Of a DNA stretch of 64,000 bases, positions 1-9,751 are shown one piece after another. Location: NCBI GenBank assembly GCA_944389475.1, contig CALXMM010000003.1:64847-128846 (forward strand), written 5' to 3'. Positions within the stretch are counted from its first letter, which is position 1; the number at the start of each line of letters is the position of its first letter. The notes under the pieces are model-generated. The model saw only the letters and a list, made by a program, of their open reading frames with translations. It did no database searches and had not been told where the DNA came from. This stretch comes from an uncultured Clostridia bacterium (GTDB taxonomy: Bacteria; Bacillota; Clostridia; TANB77; CAG-508). Made by a program: the position numbers and the translations under genes.

Positions 1-525
1 AACTGCCTTTGTGCTATTTTTTCCAACCATAGAATTTAATTGAACTATTTTATTCAGCTTTTGAATTCCGGAAACCCCTTTTATATCTTTTAGAATACTA
101 ATTCCATCATTCGAATATAATCTAACATTTATTTCCACAGTTGCTTTTAAATTTACTTTTCTGCCATTTAACACATCACATTCCATATTTTTTAATATAA
201 CATTTGCATCTATATCTGCATCAGAAACATCACTGTCAATCTCTATGAACTCGGAAAAATCCAGATTACTATTTACCCCCCTTATTATTTCATCACCACT
301 ATCTACTAAATAGATAATATTACTATCTATTGTCCCATCAATTTTTACCTTTCCATTTATCAATTCTTTTTTATATATGCATACATTTCCGCTTAAATCT
401 ATGGCTTTCACTATGTCAGGTTTAACATCTGGTACAATAATAGAATTTTCTAAAGTAACTTCTTTTTTCTTCCTTTCTATTAATCTATTTACACATAAGT
501 TGTCTTGTATAACTTCTAAACTCAT
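1..525 (-). CDS. DUF3794/SPOCS-like domain protein, N-terminal part (gene continues beyond the window start)
   Basis: Minus-strand ATG at 523-525 preceded by GAAGGAGG. Open frame to position 1 translates MSLEVIQDNLCVNRLIERKKKEVTLENSIIVPDVKPDIVKAIDL..., which resembles clostridial SPOCS/DUF3794 repeat proteins. It is truncated by the window edge, so it is absent from the ORF track. Confidence 0.5.
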   Translation of the reverse strand, partial: MSLEVIQDNLCVNRLIERKKKEVTLENSIIVPDVKPDIVKAIDLSGNVCIYKKELINGKVKIDGTIDSNIIYLVDSGDEIIRGVNSNLDFSEFIEIDSDVSDADIDANVILKNMECDVLNGRKVNLKATVEINVRLYSNDGISILKDIKGVSGIQKLNKIVQLNSMVGKNSTKAV

Positions 526-601
526 TTTTTACCTCCTTCTTCTTTTTTATATTTATATGAATGAGGCAAAAAAAAATTCCTATTTCTAGGAATTTTAGTA
601 T

Positions 602-901
602 TTATACATTTATTCTTTTACGTGTCTTTTTTTCTTCTGCGGGTGGTATTAATGGACTATATTCTTGCCCATCAAACACTTGAACCTCAACAGTTCTAGT
701 TAAAACATCTGTATAACTATATGTTACATTTCTGTTATTATCATCATATTTTACTATAAAAATATTTGGATAGGCTTTTTCTATTGTGGCTTCCTTTTCA
801 AAAGTCCTGCTTCTGCCCAAAGATCCTTTTACAATAATCTTTTGACCAACTTTTCCATCAATATCTGTTTTTAGATTTGCTATATCTTCTTTACAAATCA
901 T
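602..901 (-). CDS. veg: Veg (biofilm formation stimulator, DUF1021 family)
   Basis: 99 aa. The IANLKTDIDGKVGQKIIVKGSLGRSR...YPNIFIVKYD...VTYSYTDVLTRTVEV pattern matches the Veg family. RBS AGGTGA; next to yabG as in Bacillus. Confidence 0.85.
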   Translation of the reverse strand: MICKEDIANLKTDIDGKVGQKIIVKGSLGRSRTFEKEATIEKAYPNIFIVKYDDNNRNVTYSYTDVLTRTVEVQVFDGQEYSPLIPPAEEKKTRKRINV

Positions 902-930
902 TTTATCACCTACTTTTCAAAACTGAGTTC

Positions 931-959
931 ATTATATCAGTTTTGTCGAATAGTGTCAA
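931..959 (-). promoter_or_regulatory. Consensus sigma-A promoter of veg
   Basis: The minus strand reads TTGACA (954-959), a 17-nt spacer, then TATAAT (931-936), about 30 nt upstream of the veg ATG. Both hexamers are perfect consensus, consistent with the strong veg promoter known in Bacillus. Confidence 0.7.
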
Positions 960-1041
960 AATAGCAAATTGCATGTCTATCAACGGTTTTGCCTAATATA
1001 TTAAGGATTTTTCAATATGTTTTTCTTATATTACGTTTGTA

Positions 1042-1854
1042 TTACATTTTGGTTACAAGTGTGTTACTTTTTTCCTTTTTGCCTCTTGCACCAATCCCCC
1101 CCACTCCATCTTTTCCATCTCTTAATTCATCCGCAATATCATTTATTGTTACATAATAATCACTATCTGTAGTTGCTATTTTCTCTGCAACTATTAATGG
1201 GTCTGCAAAATCTATTAATACTCTAGCAGGTGAAGATGCAAAATTTGCTCCTGCAGCCATTAATGCTTCAAAATAACTTTGGCACGCTCCTGCAAATATT
1301 ACCAGATTTTTTCCCAACTCATGTTCTCTAGCCTTTCTCACAGCATTTGCAAAAGATTTTGAATTTATATAATTATATATATCATTATAATTTCTACCTT
1401 TTTTTATCATACCATCATGACCTGTTATTACTAAAATATCTGGTTTATATCTTGTAATTACATCTTTTATTATATATTCCTGCTTTTCTTCTGGAACAAA
1501 TTTTACTATCGCATTCAAACCTAATTTTTTATAATATTTATACGATTTTTCCATATATCTCCTATCACCATCTAAATGTAGGATTTTTCCTGTTTTTATA
1601 TTTGCATAGGAATTTTTTCTACTATACATTCTTTTTTCAAGATTTTTATTTGTTTCCTCTATATACTCATTTACATATTTTCTATCTACAACTCTTAACT
1701 CAGTTAAAGGAATTTTTTCTATAATTCTAATATATAATCCTTTTAAAATAGCTAATTTTTGTTTACGTTCTGAAATTATTTTATCAACTATAAATACAAT
1801 TTTCCTGTTATCCGACTTTTTAATAACAGTACTACCTCTTCTTATTTTGTTCAT
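1042..1854 (-). CDS. yabG: Sporulation-specific protease YabG
   Basis: Motifs ILHLDGD, YKPDILVITGHDG, LVIFAGACQSYFEALMAAGANFASSPARV and GGIGARG match YabG peptidase U57. Start moved to the ATG at 1854, which has a TAGGTGAT RBS. Confidence 0.85.
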   Translation of the reverse strand: MNKIRRGSTVIKKSDNRKIVFIVDKIISERKQKLAILKGLYIRIIEKIPLTELRVVDRKYVNEYIEETNKNLEKRMYSRKNSYANIKTGKILHLDGDRRYMEKSYKYYKKLGLNAIVKFVPEEKQEYIIKDVITRYKPDILVITGHDGMIKKGRNYNDIYNYINSKSFANAVRKAREHELGKNLVIFAGACQSYFEALMAAGANFASSPARVLIDFADPLIVAEKIATTDSDYYVTINDIADELRDGKDGVGGIGARGKKEKSNTLVTKM

Positions 1855-1983
1855 TACTATCACCTAGTATATTTTATGTAAATAAAATAGGGCTTGTGAT
1901 AGCTTATCAATTTTGATATATTTTTCTTATATTATGTTATAATTTTTATAATCAAATTAGTAAAGAAATTATATTGGGTAAAT

Positions 1984-2031
1984 AACAAAAATAGAATCAT
2001 AAAGCATTTTATTTATGATTCTATTTTTGTT
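1984..2031 (-). terminator. Long perfect hairpin just downstream of the spoIIID stop
   Basis: 20-bp perfect inverted repeat AACAAAAATAGAATCATAAA / TTTATGATTCTATTTTTGTT with an 8-nt loop. The U-tail on the minus strand is weak. Confidence 0.45.
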
Positions 2032-2033
2032 AT

Positions 2034-2303
2034 CTAACCAGCTTTGTCTTTTCTCATATGACTATATTTAAGTTTTGTTGCCATACCTCCTCTTATGTGT
2101 CTTTCTGCTTTATTCTTATCCAATATTTTTCTTACCTCTTTTGCTAAAACAGGGTTTATCTTTAGTAATCTTTCACTTATATCTTTATGTACTGTGCTTT
2201 TACTTACACCAAACTTTGATGCTGCACCCCTTACTGTATCTTTTGAATTTATAATATAATGTGCAAGTTCTACTGCACGTTTTTCTATTGATAGATCTTT
2301 CAT
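2034..2303 (-). CDS. spoIIID: Sporulation transcriptional regulator SpoIIID
   Basis: FGVSKSTVHKDISERL...INP.LAKEV..IL..NKAERHIRGGMATKLKY is near-identical in pattern to SpoIIID. Start set at the MKDLSIEK ATG (2303), which has a GGGGG RBS. Confidence 0.9.
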   Translation of the reverse strand: MKDLSIEKRAVELAHYIINSKDTVRGAASKFGVSKSTVHKDISERLLKINPVLAKEVRKILDKNKAERHIRGGMATKLKYSHMRKDKAG

Positions 2304-2375
2304 AAAGAAAACCCCCATGTGAATACTTTTGTTTAAATGTATTCATGTAAGGGTTGTATTAGACCTTATTTTATT

Positions 2376-2408
2376 AAAAAAAGTCTGGGTTATGAAACCC
2401 AGACTTTT
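2376..2408. terminator. Bidirectional-looking rho-independent terminator hairpin
   Basis: GTCTGGGTT-atga-AACCCAGAC, flanked by an A-run on the left and a T-run on the right. It lies between the ORF at 2488-2817 and spoIIID. Confidence 0.55.
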
Positions 2409-2487
2409 GTAGCATCACTTTAATAAGAGTAATGCTACGTGCTTTACAATATAGGGTAATTAAAGATTTTAGGCTTAGATAAAGATG

Positions 2488-2817
2488 CTATTTCTCCTTT
2501 TTAAGTTTAATACCTTCTAGGAGTGTATCATCCATCTGTCCCACAATCTCTCTTACCCAAGGTGCATTATCTTCGTAGGATAGGAGAGCAATTGTTACAT
2601 CAACGAAGTAAAGAACTTCTTTAATTGTAGCCTTGCCTACTTCTCCATTTAGTAAAATAGAATTTACTGATTGTGCATAATCCAAAAGGTTTTCCAATCC
2701 TTCTGGCTTATCATAAATTCCATCACGAAGATGTCCTATGATTTCAGATGCTTTTTGATGAAAGTTATTGACTTTATCATTAATTTCTGAATTCAAAGCA
2801 TTTCCTTTGTTGCACAT
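2488..2817 (-). CDS. Hypothetical small, probably helical protein; last gene of the REC-GGDEF operon
   Basis: Open frame. Start chosen at the MCNKGNAL ATG (2817), with AAGGGA upstream. No recognisable motif. Confidence 0.4.
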   Translation of the reverse strand: MCNKGNALNSEINDKVNNFHQKASEIIGHLRDGIYDKPEGLENLLDYAQSVNSILLNGEVGKATIKEVLYFVDVTIALLSYEDNAPWVREIVGQMDDTLLEGIKLKKEK

Positions 2818-2941
2818 AATTAAAATTTCCCTTTCATTGTTAAGCAACAAAAAAAGAATGATATAACATTCATTAAAAATTATATCATCCTCCAATTATT
2901 ATGTCAATTTGGACACTTTCACCCAAATTTGTAATTACACT

Positions 2942-3868
2942 CTACTCTCTTCTTCTGTCAATTGCATAACTACTTCCAAGAGTTGTTTTTGCTACATGCT
3001 TAACTTGTGCACCAACTTCTCCTATTTCTAGTATATTATTAAACCTATCAGGTTCCACATCTACCACACCAATAGAAATTGATGTAAGTGGAAAATCCTC
3101 TAGAATACCTCTTCTGTTTGCTACTTCTATATAGCCTCTTTTTCTATCTTCTTCAGTAAAATAAGCTAATATTTCTTCATCAAATTCATTTATTATATTT
3201 CTACAAACTTCATCATAATCTGTTTTAGAAACAATTGCAACAAAATCATCTCCACCAATATGTCCAACAAAGCTATCATTATTCTCAATGCTATGTACAT
3301 TTCTTACAATTGTTCTAGCAGTAAATTTTATTATCTCATCCCCTTTTACAAATCCATAAACATCATTATATGCTTTAAAATTGTCTAAATCCACATAAAG
3401 CACTCCGAATTCTTCCTTATTAAATAACCTCTTCTTTAATTCAGCATGAATTTGTACATTTCCTGGCAATCCGGTTAAAGGGCTAACACGTCTATTTGTA
3501 TATAATAATCTCATTATATTTTTTATAGTATAATACAAATAATCCTGATCTACTGGTTTCCTTATATAGTATTCTACCGCTGTTTTTAATACATTTAATC
3601 TATGTTCTTTATTTGCATTGGAAGAAAGAACAATAATTGGCGTTATACTATTATCCTCATTTTTTCTAATAGTAGCACATAATTCTTCTATATCTCTATC
3701 AACATTATCTTCATCTATTATAATTAATGAAGGGATATTCATTAAAGCCTTATTTATCTCCTCTGTAGATACATTTATAAATCTATATTCATAATTATTT
3801 GCAAATAATTCTTTTAAATCTTGTAGTGAATATTTATCATCATCAATTATATATATATCTTGTACCAT
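2942..3868 (-). CDS. Response regulator receiver domain fused to a GGDEF-type domain (GGDDF variant)
   Basis: The N-terminal REC has acidic IIDDD, IIIDED, a conserved S, and the KP pair (YYIRKP). The C-terminal part has PLTGLPGN...YVDLDNFKAYND..G...GD...HIGGDDFVAIV, typical of the GGDEF fold. Confidence 0.8.
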   Translation of the reverse strand: MVQDIYIIDDDKYSLQDLKELFANNYEYRFINVSTEEINKALMNIPSLIIIDEDNVDRDIEELCATIRKNEDNSITPIIVLSSNANKEHRLNVLKTAVEYYIRKPVDQDYLYYTIKNIMRLLYTNRRVSPLTGLPGNVQIHAELKKRLFNKEEFGVLYVDLDNFKAYNDVYGFVKGDEIIKFTARTIVRNVHSIENNDSFVGHIGGDDFVAIVSKTDYDEVCRNIINEFDEEILAYFTEEDRKRGYIEVANRRGILEDFPLTSISIGVVDVEPDRFNNILEIGEVGAQVKHVAKTTLGSSYAIDRRRE

Positions 3869-3871
3869 AAT

Positions 3872-4645
3872 TTACTCCCTTGTTTTATTTTTTAATTCCT
3901 GAACTTTTAATTTCAAATATTCCTTTATATGTTCAGATTGAATAGAAGGAAATGCTCTTCTTAATTTTGCAATCTGTCTATCCACTTTCACTCTCATAAT
4001 CTTTTGTCTTAATTTTAAATCATCAATTTTATTTTGTAAAGCCAATTTTTGCATTTCTGAAGAAGTCTTTTTCAATTCTTCTAATTTTACCTTTAAAGTT
4101 TCTCCTAATTTAATTAATTTCTTTATTCTCTTAGGCAAGTTTGTAGCCTTTATTGAACTAAATACGATATCTATAACAAAATATGCCAATAAAATAATAT
4201 CAAGATATAAAATAATCGAATCCGGCACTTTTGCAACCTGCATTTCTATTATTGGATTCCATATTTCTATAAAAAATATGCTTAGAAATCCCCAATATAT
4301 AGAATTTAACAAACACACTCTTCCATTTATATTAAATCTATTATTCGAATAATCCCAATATTTAGTCTTAAATAGTTTTTCTAATAAAAATCCTACAAAA
4401 TATTCCCAAATTGATAAAACAGCAAATCCAGCCAAAAATATTATTAATGGTTTTCCTTGTAATTTTATTAACAACACATATAAAACAACAGCACCAAAAC
4501 CATATATTGGACAAAAAGGTCCATACAAAAAACCTGTATTTACCCATTTTCTTTGTCCAAAAGAAAGGTATATAGATTCCATTGCCCACCCTAAAAATGA
4601 ATATAAGAAAAAGTAGAATATTATTTTAATTATTTCACTTTCCAT
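3872..4645 (-). CDS. Polytopic membrane protein, PF06541-like (putative ABC-transporter type IV / DUF1113) with a C-terminal coiled-coil tail
   Basis: FFLYSFLGWAMESIYLSF...GFLYGPFCPIYGFGAV signature and several TM helices. Its stop lies 3 nt from the GGDEF gene start, suggesting translational coupling. Confidence 0.6.
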   Translation of the reverse strand: MESEIIKIIFYFFLYSFLGWAMESIYLSFGQRKWVNTGFLYGPFCPIYGFGAVVLYVLLIKLQGKPLIIFLAGFAVLSIWEYFVGFLLEKLFKTKYWDYSNNRFNINGRVCLLNSIYWGFLSIFFIEIWNPIIEMQVAKVPDSIILYLDIILLAYFVIDIVFSSIKATNLPKRIKKLIKLGETLKVKLEELKKTSSEMQKLALQNKIDDLKLRQKIMRVKVDRQIAKLRRAFPSIQSEHIKEYLKLKVQELKNKTRE

Positions 4646-4673
4646 ATGTTCTCCTCATATACATACTTATATT

Positions 4674-4698
4674 AAAAGACAGGTTTTACCTGTCTTTT
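4674..4698. terminator. Rho-independent terminator hairpin
   Basis: AAAAGACAGGT-ttt-ACCTGTCTTTT, directly after the stop of the 4713-5666 gene. Confidence 0.6.
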
Positions 4699-4712
4699 AA
4701 TTAAGTTATATT

Positions 4713-5666
4713 TTAATAATCATATATAAAGTTTTTAGATTCTGTTTGACCATTTACATTTTCTGCAGAAACTGTTATTGAATAATGTCCTTCTTTAACT
4801 TCGAAAGTATATTGTAATTCTGTTTTATTCTCCCCTTCTGCTGGTAATTCATATCTTTGTCCATTAATTGTAAATGATAATGATTTTAATCCAATTTGGT
4901 CTGAAGCAGAGAATATTATTTTTGATTTATCTGCAGAATCTATTGCGGCATTAACGCTTGGTTTTGATTCTTCACTAATTCCATCAACTTCTTGAGTTTT
5001 AGTTGCTGTCTTATTACTATTGTTTACAGCAATAACCGTTAAATTATGTTTTCCTGATGGGGCTTCAATTTCAGTTTCTAATTGAGCTTCTGAACCTTCT
5101 TCTGGATATATTGTTTGAACATCTCCATCATCCCATTGATATGTTACATATGATAATGCAACAGTATCTTTTGCAACTATTTTTACTTTTGTACCATCTT
5201 CACTTAAACTTAATGCTAATTGTGGTAATGTTGAATCTGCTGTAAATTCTTTTGTATATGGAGTTGAACTATTTTTCATATCCACAATAGTTACATTTAA
5301 CTGATTATTTCCAACTGGTAAATCTATTTCTTCGTTTATTTGTGTTTCTCCATTTTTTGTAATAGTTTGTTCATCTTCTCCATTCCAATTATATACTATT
5401 TTTTGTACACCATTTGGAACAGTTCCAGAAATTATTACTTTACCCGTATTGGTATCGCTATCTATTGAAATATTCTGTTCTGCAACAGTCGTTGATGAAT
5501 CCGAATTGAAATTGTTCACAATTGCATATACTCCCTGACCGGCTATTGCAATACCAAATAATATACTTATAACACAAAAAACTGTAATTACTTTCTTAAT
5601 ATCTGCTGCTGCATGTTGTTTTTGTTGTTTCTTTGGTTTGTTTTCTACTGCCAATATTTGGTTCAA
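4713..5666 (-). CDS. Membrane-anchored protein with three Ig-like repeats of about 85 aa
   Basis: TTG start with a GAGGTGA RBS and an N-terminal TM (VITVFCVISILFGIAIAGQGVYAIV). Three internally similar beta-rich repeats follow (V..NW.G..., Y.W..G...). Confidence 0.55.
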   Translation of the reverse strand: MNQILAVENKPKKQQKQHAAADIKKVITVFCVISILFGIAIAGQGVYAIVNNFNSDSSTTVAEQNISIDSDTNTGKVIISGTVPNGVQKIVYNWNGEDEQTITKNGETQINEEIDLPVGNNQLNVTIVDMKNSSTPYTKEFTADSTLPQLALSLSEDGTKVKIVAKDTVALSYVTYQWDDGDVQTIYPEEGSEAQLETEIEAPSGKHNLTVIAVNNSNKTATKTQEVDGISEESKPSVNAAIDSADKSKIIFSASDQIGLKSLSFTINGQRYELPAEGENKTELQYTFEVKEGHYSITVSAENVNGQTESKNFIYDY

Positions 5667-5820
5667 TTACTTCACCTCTTTACCTCAAAAATTATATCAT
5701 ATGCATTTTTTATTGTAAACAATATTTTTAAAATTATTCTTACAAGAATTTAAAATTGACTTGCAATTCTTTTAGTAGTAAAATACAATCAACATTGTAC
5801 GGAGAAAGGAATGATTTATT

Positions 5821-6621
5821 ATGAATTCTACATATGATAAGAATAAAATTAATTTAGCTTCTATTAGAGCTCATGATATGGAACAACAATTGCCATCTTT
5901 TATGCCACAACAATCAAGAAAAAGAAAAGCAACCCCAAGAACAATAAGTGGTTCACCAAAAAAGGCAAAAACGACAAAATATACTGCATCTACAAAAAAT
6001 AATTTGCATTTATCAAAAAAATTCAAAAAAGGTCTTACTACAGTTATTGCAGCAGCTACCCTTGCACTTGGTGGAGGAGCTATAGGATACAATTTTGCTA
6101 CCGAAAACACTGGTAATGTAGAATATAGCTTAGATACCTATAACCCTTCTGATATGTTTACTGCTACAGATAATTTAATAAAAAATGTAGCTAAAAGTAC
6201 ATATTTTTCTATACATCCAGATGAAGCCAAGAGATTTGAGGGCTTTAACTTACAAAGTTATACAGAAAGAGTTGTTTCTAGTAATGGTGATGTAAGTTTA
6301 ATGTTGAATTTCACAAAACCGGATTCTTCATTACAAGGAGGAGTTGATTCTAGAAGTGTACCTGTTTCTTTGCCAAAAGATTTTGGCAAAGATGTATATT
6401 TAAATTACAAAGAACTAAGAGAAAAATCACAATCATTTACTGAAGATGAAAAAGGAACAGTTAGTTATATGATTGCCATGAATAGCTGTGTAAACAAATT
6501 AAGAGATGGACTTAATAATTACATAAATAATACTAAGAATAATAATTATAAAGAAGCTGCACAAGGAGCCTTAAATAGTTCAAAAGTAAATATGGATAGA
6601 ACTGATGATGAAGAAAGATAA
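5821..6621 (+). CDS. Hypothetical membrane-anchored protein
   Basis: GGAGAAAGG RBS, a basic N-terminus followed by a TM (LTTVIAAATLALGGGAIGY). No recognisable family. Confidence 0.5.
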   Translation: MNSTYDKNKINLASIRAHDMEQQLPSFMPQQSRKRKATPRTISGSPKKAKTTKYTASTKNNLHLSKKFKKGLTTVIAAATLALGGGAIGYNFATENTGNVEYSLDTYNPSDMFTATDNLIKNVAKSTYFSIHPDEAKRFEGFNLQSYTERVVSSNGDVSLMLNFTKPDSSLQGGVDSRSVPVSLPKDFGKDVYLNYKELREKSQSFTEDEKGTVSYMIAMNSCVNKLRDGLNNYINNTKNNNYKEAAQGALNSSKVNMDRTDDEER

Positions 6622-6638
6622 ATTTTTGCTTTATACAC

Positions 6639-6680
6639 AAAGAACTGTATACTACAATATAGTATACAGTTCTTTTATTT
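6639..6680. terminator. Bidirectional terminator between convergent genes
   Basis: 16-bp stem AAAGAACTGTATACTA / TAGTATACAGTTCTTT followed by T-rich sequence. Confidence 0.65.
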
Positions 6681-6692
6681 ATTTAATTATTA

Positions 6693-8132
6693 TTAATATT
6701 GTCTACCCCAGACAACCATTTTTGTTGCTGGTTTGCCACAACATACACATGTATCTGCTATATGTTCTTGCTCAAATGGTATACATCTTGATTTTGCTCC
6801 TGTTAATTCATGAATCTTTTCTTCACACTCGCTACTACCACACCACATAGTTTTTACATAGCCTTGGTTTTCATTTATATTTTTCTCGAATTCTTCCATA
6901 TTTTTAGCAATCGTTGTTCTTTTAATCGTATTTTCCTTTGCCATTTCGAACATATTTCTTTGAATCTCTTCTAACAATTCTGAAATTCTTTTTTGAACAT
7001 TATCCAAGCTAACATTTTCTTTTTCTAATGTATCACGTCTAACTAAAACACATTGATTATTTTCTATATCACGTGGTCCAATTTCTAATCTTATTGGAAC
7101 ACCTTTCATTTCCCAATAATTAAATTTATATCCAGGCGTATAATTATCTCTTATATCTATTTCTGTTCTAAATTCTTTCTTTAAACTATTTGTTATTTCT
7201 GTTGCTTTCTCTATAACTCCTTCTTTTTGTTGAGCTACAGGAACGACTATAACTTGTATAGGAGCAACCTGTGGTGGTAATTTTAAACCTCTATTGTCAC
7301 CATGTGCCATTATTATAGCACCAATTAATCTAGTACTTATTCCCCAAGATGTTTGATAAGCATATTCTTCTTTTCCCTCCCTATTTTGGAATTTTACTTC
7401 AAAAGGTTTAGCAAAATTTTGTCCAAAATAATGAGATGTTCCACCTTGCAAAGCTCTACCATCATGCATTAATGTTTCCACAGTATATGTAGCCTCTGCA
7501 CCAGCAAACTTTTCTGTTTCTGTTTTTTGACCTTTTAAAACAGGCAAAGATAAAAATTTCTCTAAAATTTCTTCATATATATCCAAAATTTTTAATGTAA
7601 ATTCCTTTGCTTCTTCTGCTGTTTCATGAATTGTATGACCTTCCTGCCATAAAAATTCTCTCGAACGTAAAAAAGGTCTTGTTTCCTTCTCCCATCTTAA
7701 AACATTACACCATTGATTATATAAAAATGGTAAATCCCTCCATGAACTAAGCCATTTAGAATACATATTACAGAAAATAGTTTCTGATGTAGGTCTTACA
7801 CATAATCTTTCTTCTAACTTATTTTCTCCACCTTCTGTAACCCATGCAACTTCTGGTGCAAATCCTTTAACATGATCTTTTTCTTTATTTAATAAACTCT
7901 CAGGTATTAATACTGGCATAGATAAATTTTTAACACCAATTTCTTTAAATTTTTTATCCGCATATTTTTGTATATTTTCCCAGATTGCATATCCATAAGG
8001 ACGTATAGAAATAAATCCTTTAACATCCGTATAATCTGCAAGTTCTGCTTTTAGAACAATATCAGTATACCACTGAGCAAAATCCTCTTCTATATTTGTT
8101 ATATCTTTTACAAAATTCTTATTATCTCCCAT
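6693..8132 (-). CDS. proS: Proline--tRNA ligase (archaeal/eukaryote-like short form)
   Basis: 479 aa. The [17 protein letters not shown]...RPYGYAIWE and class II motifs, plus a C-terminal Zn-like CxxC...CxxC, match type-3 ProRS. Confidence 0.9.
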   Translation of the reverse strand: MGDNKNFVKDITNIEEDFAQWYTDIVLKAELADYTDVKGFISIRPYGYAIWENIQKYADKKFKEIGVKNLSMPVLIPESLLNKEKDHVKGFAPEVAWVTEGGENKLEERLCVRPTSETIFCNMYSKWLSSWRDLPFLYNQWCNVLRWEKETRPFLRSREFLWQEGHTIHETAEEAKEFTLKILDIYEEILEKFLSLPVLKGQKTETEKFAGAEATYTVETLMHDGRALQGGTSHYFGQNFAKPFEVKFQNREGKEEYAYQTSWGISTRLIGAIIMAHGDNRGLKLPPQVAPIQVIVVPVAQQKEGVIEKATEITNSLKKEFRTEIDIRDNYTPGYKFNYWEMKGVPIRLEIGPRDIENNQCVLVRRDTLEKENVSLDNVQKRISELLEEIQRNMFEMAKENTIKRTTIAKNMEEFEKNINENQGYVKTMWCGSSECEEKIHELTGAKSRCIPFEQEHIADTCVCCGKPATKMVVWGRQY

Positions 8133-8147
8133 AATTAACCTCCAATT

Positions 8148-8765
8148 TTAATTTTCATCTTGTTTTAAATCATCACCTGTACCCCCTGCGGGCATTGGAG
8201 CCTCTTCTGGTTCTTCGAACTCATCTAAAACAATTTGTTCATTTTCATCCAATTTATATTTTGGAAGTTCTGGCAATTCTGCTAAACTACTATATCCAAA
8301 TTTCTTTAAAAATTCATTTGTTGTCCTATATGTAACAGGTCTACCTGGAGCATTCAATTTACCTGCATTTTCTATCAATTCATATTCTAATAATTTATAT
8401 ATTGCACCATCAGAATTTACCCCTCTAATCTCTTCTATTTGAGCTCTAGTAATTTTAGGATTGTATGCAATAATGGCTAAAGTTTCCAATGCTGCATTAG
8501 ATAAATTAGGTTTATTTCTCTTATCTATTATTGGATATATATATTTATAGTAATCTGTCTTTGTAGCCATTTGGTAAGAATCATCCATTCTTATTATTTT
8601 TAGTCCGGATTTTTTCTCATTAAAATCAGAAGCCAAACTATTTAAAATAGTAATCGCTTCTTCTTCTCCTATTTCTAAGCTAGACATTATTTCTGTTACT
8701 TTTACTTCTCTTCCTGCTGCAAATAATATTGCTTCTATAGCAGCTTTCTTTTCTTCTATATCCAT
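8148..8765 (-). CDS. scpB: Segregation and condensation protein B
   Basis: IEAILFAAGREV..., SNAALETLAIIAYNPKITRAQIEEIRGVNSDG..., GRPVTYRTT. Start set at the MDIEEKK ATG (8765), with a GGGAG RBS. No scpA is adjacent. Confidence 0.85.
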   Translation of the reverse strand: MDIEEKKAAIEAILFAAGREVKVTEIMSSLEIGEEEAITILNSLASDFNEKKSGLKIIRMDDSYQMATKTDYYKYIYPIIDKRNKPNLSNAALETLAIIAYNPKITRAQIEEIRGVNSDGAIYKLLEYELIENAGKLNAPGRPVTYRTTNEFLKKFGYSSLAELPELPKYKLDENEQIVLDEFEEPEEAPMPAGGTGDDLKQDEN

Positions 8766-8911
8766 AATAACTCCCATTTTTTCATTTTTTTCCAATCGCA
8801 AATACATTATAGCATAATTTCCATAGTCTCTCAAGGTTCAATTATACAAAAGCATAATTTTTTTACTAATTAGTTATACTAATATAATATAAAAAGCATG
8901 GGATGATGTGA

Positions 8912-9664
8912 ATGAAAAAATTTAAATATAAAATAATATTATTTTTTTGTATACTACTCTTTAGTTATTCAATATTTAACATTTTAAATTGGTATAAAGA
9001 TTCTAATAGTATTGCAAAAGAAAGTGAAAACTTATTAAACACAGCCAATGTAATAAATAGTGAAATTGCATCAACTGAAGAAAATACAACTAATACACTT
9101 AATTCTTCTAATTCTATAAATTTTGATGGATTAGAAGAAATTAACAAAGATGTAGTTGGTTGGATACAAGTAGATGGTACAAATATAAATTATCCTATTG
9201 TGCAAACAAAAGATAATTCGTATTATCTTAACCATTCATTTTCTAAAGAAGAGAACAAATCCGGTTGGATTTTTTTAGATTACAGAAACGATATAAATAA
9301 TTTTGATAAAAATACCATAATATATGGACACTCTAGATATGATTCCTCAATGTTTGGCTCATTAAGAAATTGTTTAAAAAAATCTTGGTTTAACAGCTCT
9401 AAAAATCGAGAAGTGCACCTTACAATTAAATCGGGAAACACTACTTGGAAAATCTTTAGTGTATACCATTTGCCTATAACTAGTGATTACTTAGCTACTT
9501 CTTTTAAAAATGATGAAGAATTTAACTCTTTCATAAAACTAATAAAAAATAGAACCGTTTTTGACTTTGGTATAAAAGTTACATCAAAAGACAAAATTCT
9601 AACATTGTCAACTTGTTTTAGAACTAATGAAAGAATGGTAGTACATGCAAAATTAATCAGTTAA
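8912..9664 (+). CDS. srtB: Class B sortase
   Basis: N-terminal TM, VVGWIQVDGTNINYPIVQTKDNSYYLNHSF, YGHSR (catalytic His) and TLSTC (TLxTC Cys motif), plus a C-terminal Arg. Length and motifs are typical of SrtB. Confidence 0.85.
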   Translation: MKKFKYKIILFFCILLFSYSIFNILNWYKDSNSIAKESENLLNTANVINSEIASTEENTTNTLNSSNSINFDGLEEINKDVVGWIQVDGTNINYPIVQTKDNSYYLNHSFSKEENKSGWIFLDYRNDINNFDKNTIIYGHSRYDSSMFGSLRNCLKKSWFNSSKNREVHLTIKSGNTTWKIFSVYHLPITSDYLATSFKNDEEFNSFIKLIKNRTVFDFGIKVTSKDKILTLSTCFRTNERMVVHAKLIS

Positions 9665-9751
9665 AACTTGTTAAAATTTAGAATATAACACAAACTTGTA
9701 TAAATTAGTTAAATTTAAAAGAGGTTGTCATAAGGACTCCCTCTTTTAAAT

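Noticed and set aside
377-589. Plus-strand 70-aa ORF at the left edge.
   Set aside because: It overlaps the well-supported minus-strand DUF3794-like CDS (ATG at 525 with a GAAGGAGG RBS). It has a hydrophobic junk-like translation and no RBS.
4368-4589. 73-aa ORF nested in another frame of the same strand within the PF06541-like gene. Similar nested or antisense ORFs occur in gdpP, ypeB, sleB, ugtP, mgtA, ftsH, tilS, dnaB and rplI.
   Set aside because: These ORFs lie entirely inside or antisense to well-supported conserved genes. They have no RBS and junk-like composition.
8133-8147. T-box leader upstream of proS.
   Set aside because: proS starts 15 nt after the scpB stop, so the two genes are co-transcribed and there is no leader.
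8766-8834. N-terminal extensions of tracked ORFs: scpB MRDYGNY..., spoIIID MGVFF, yabG MIV, sleB MLKMGGKR, ATPase MHVTINVKEAHK, the 60641 gene MIERILS, and the 62466 ORF.
   Set aside because: In each case an internal start codon has a proper Shine-Dalgarno at 5-9 nt and gives the conserved N-terminus. The upstream extension contains the RBS itself.
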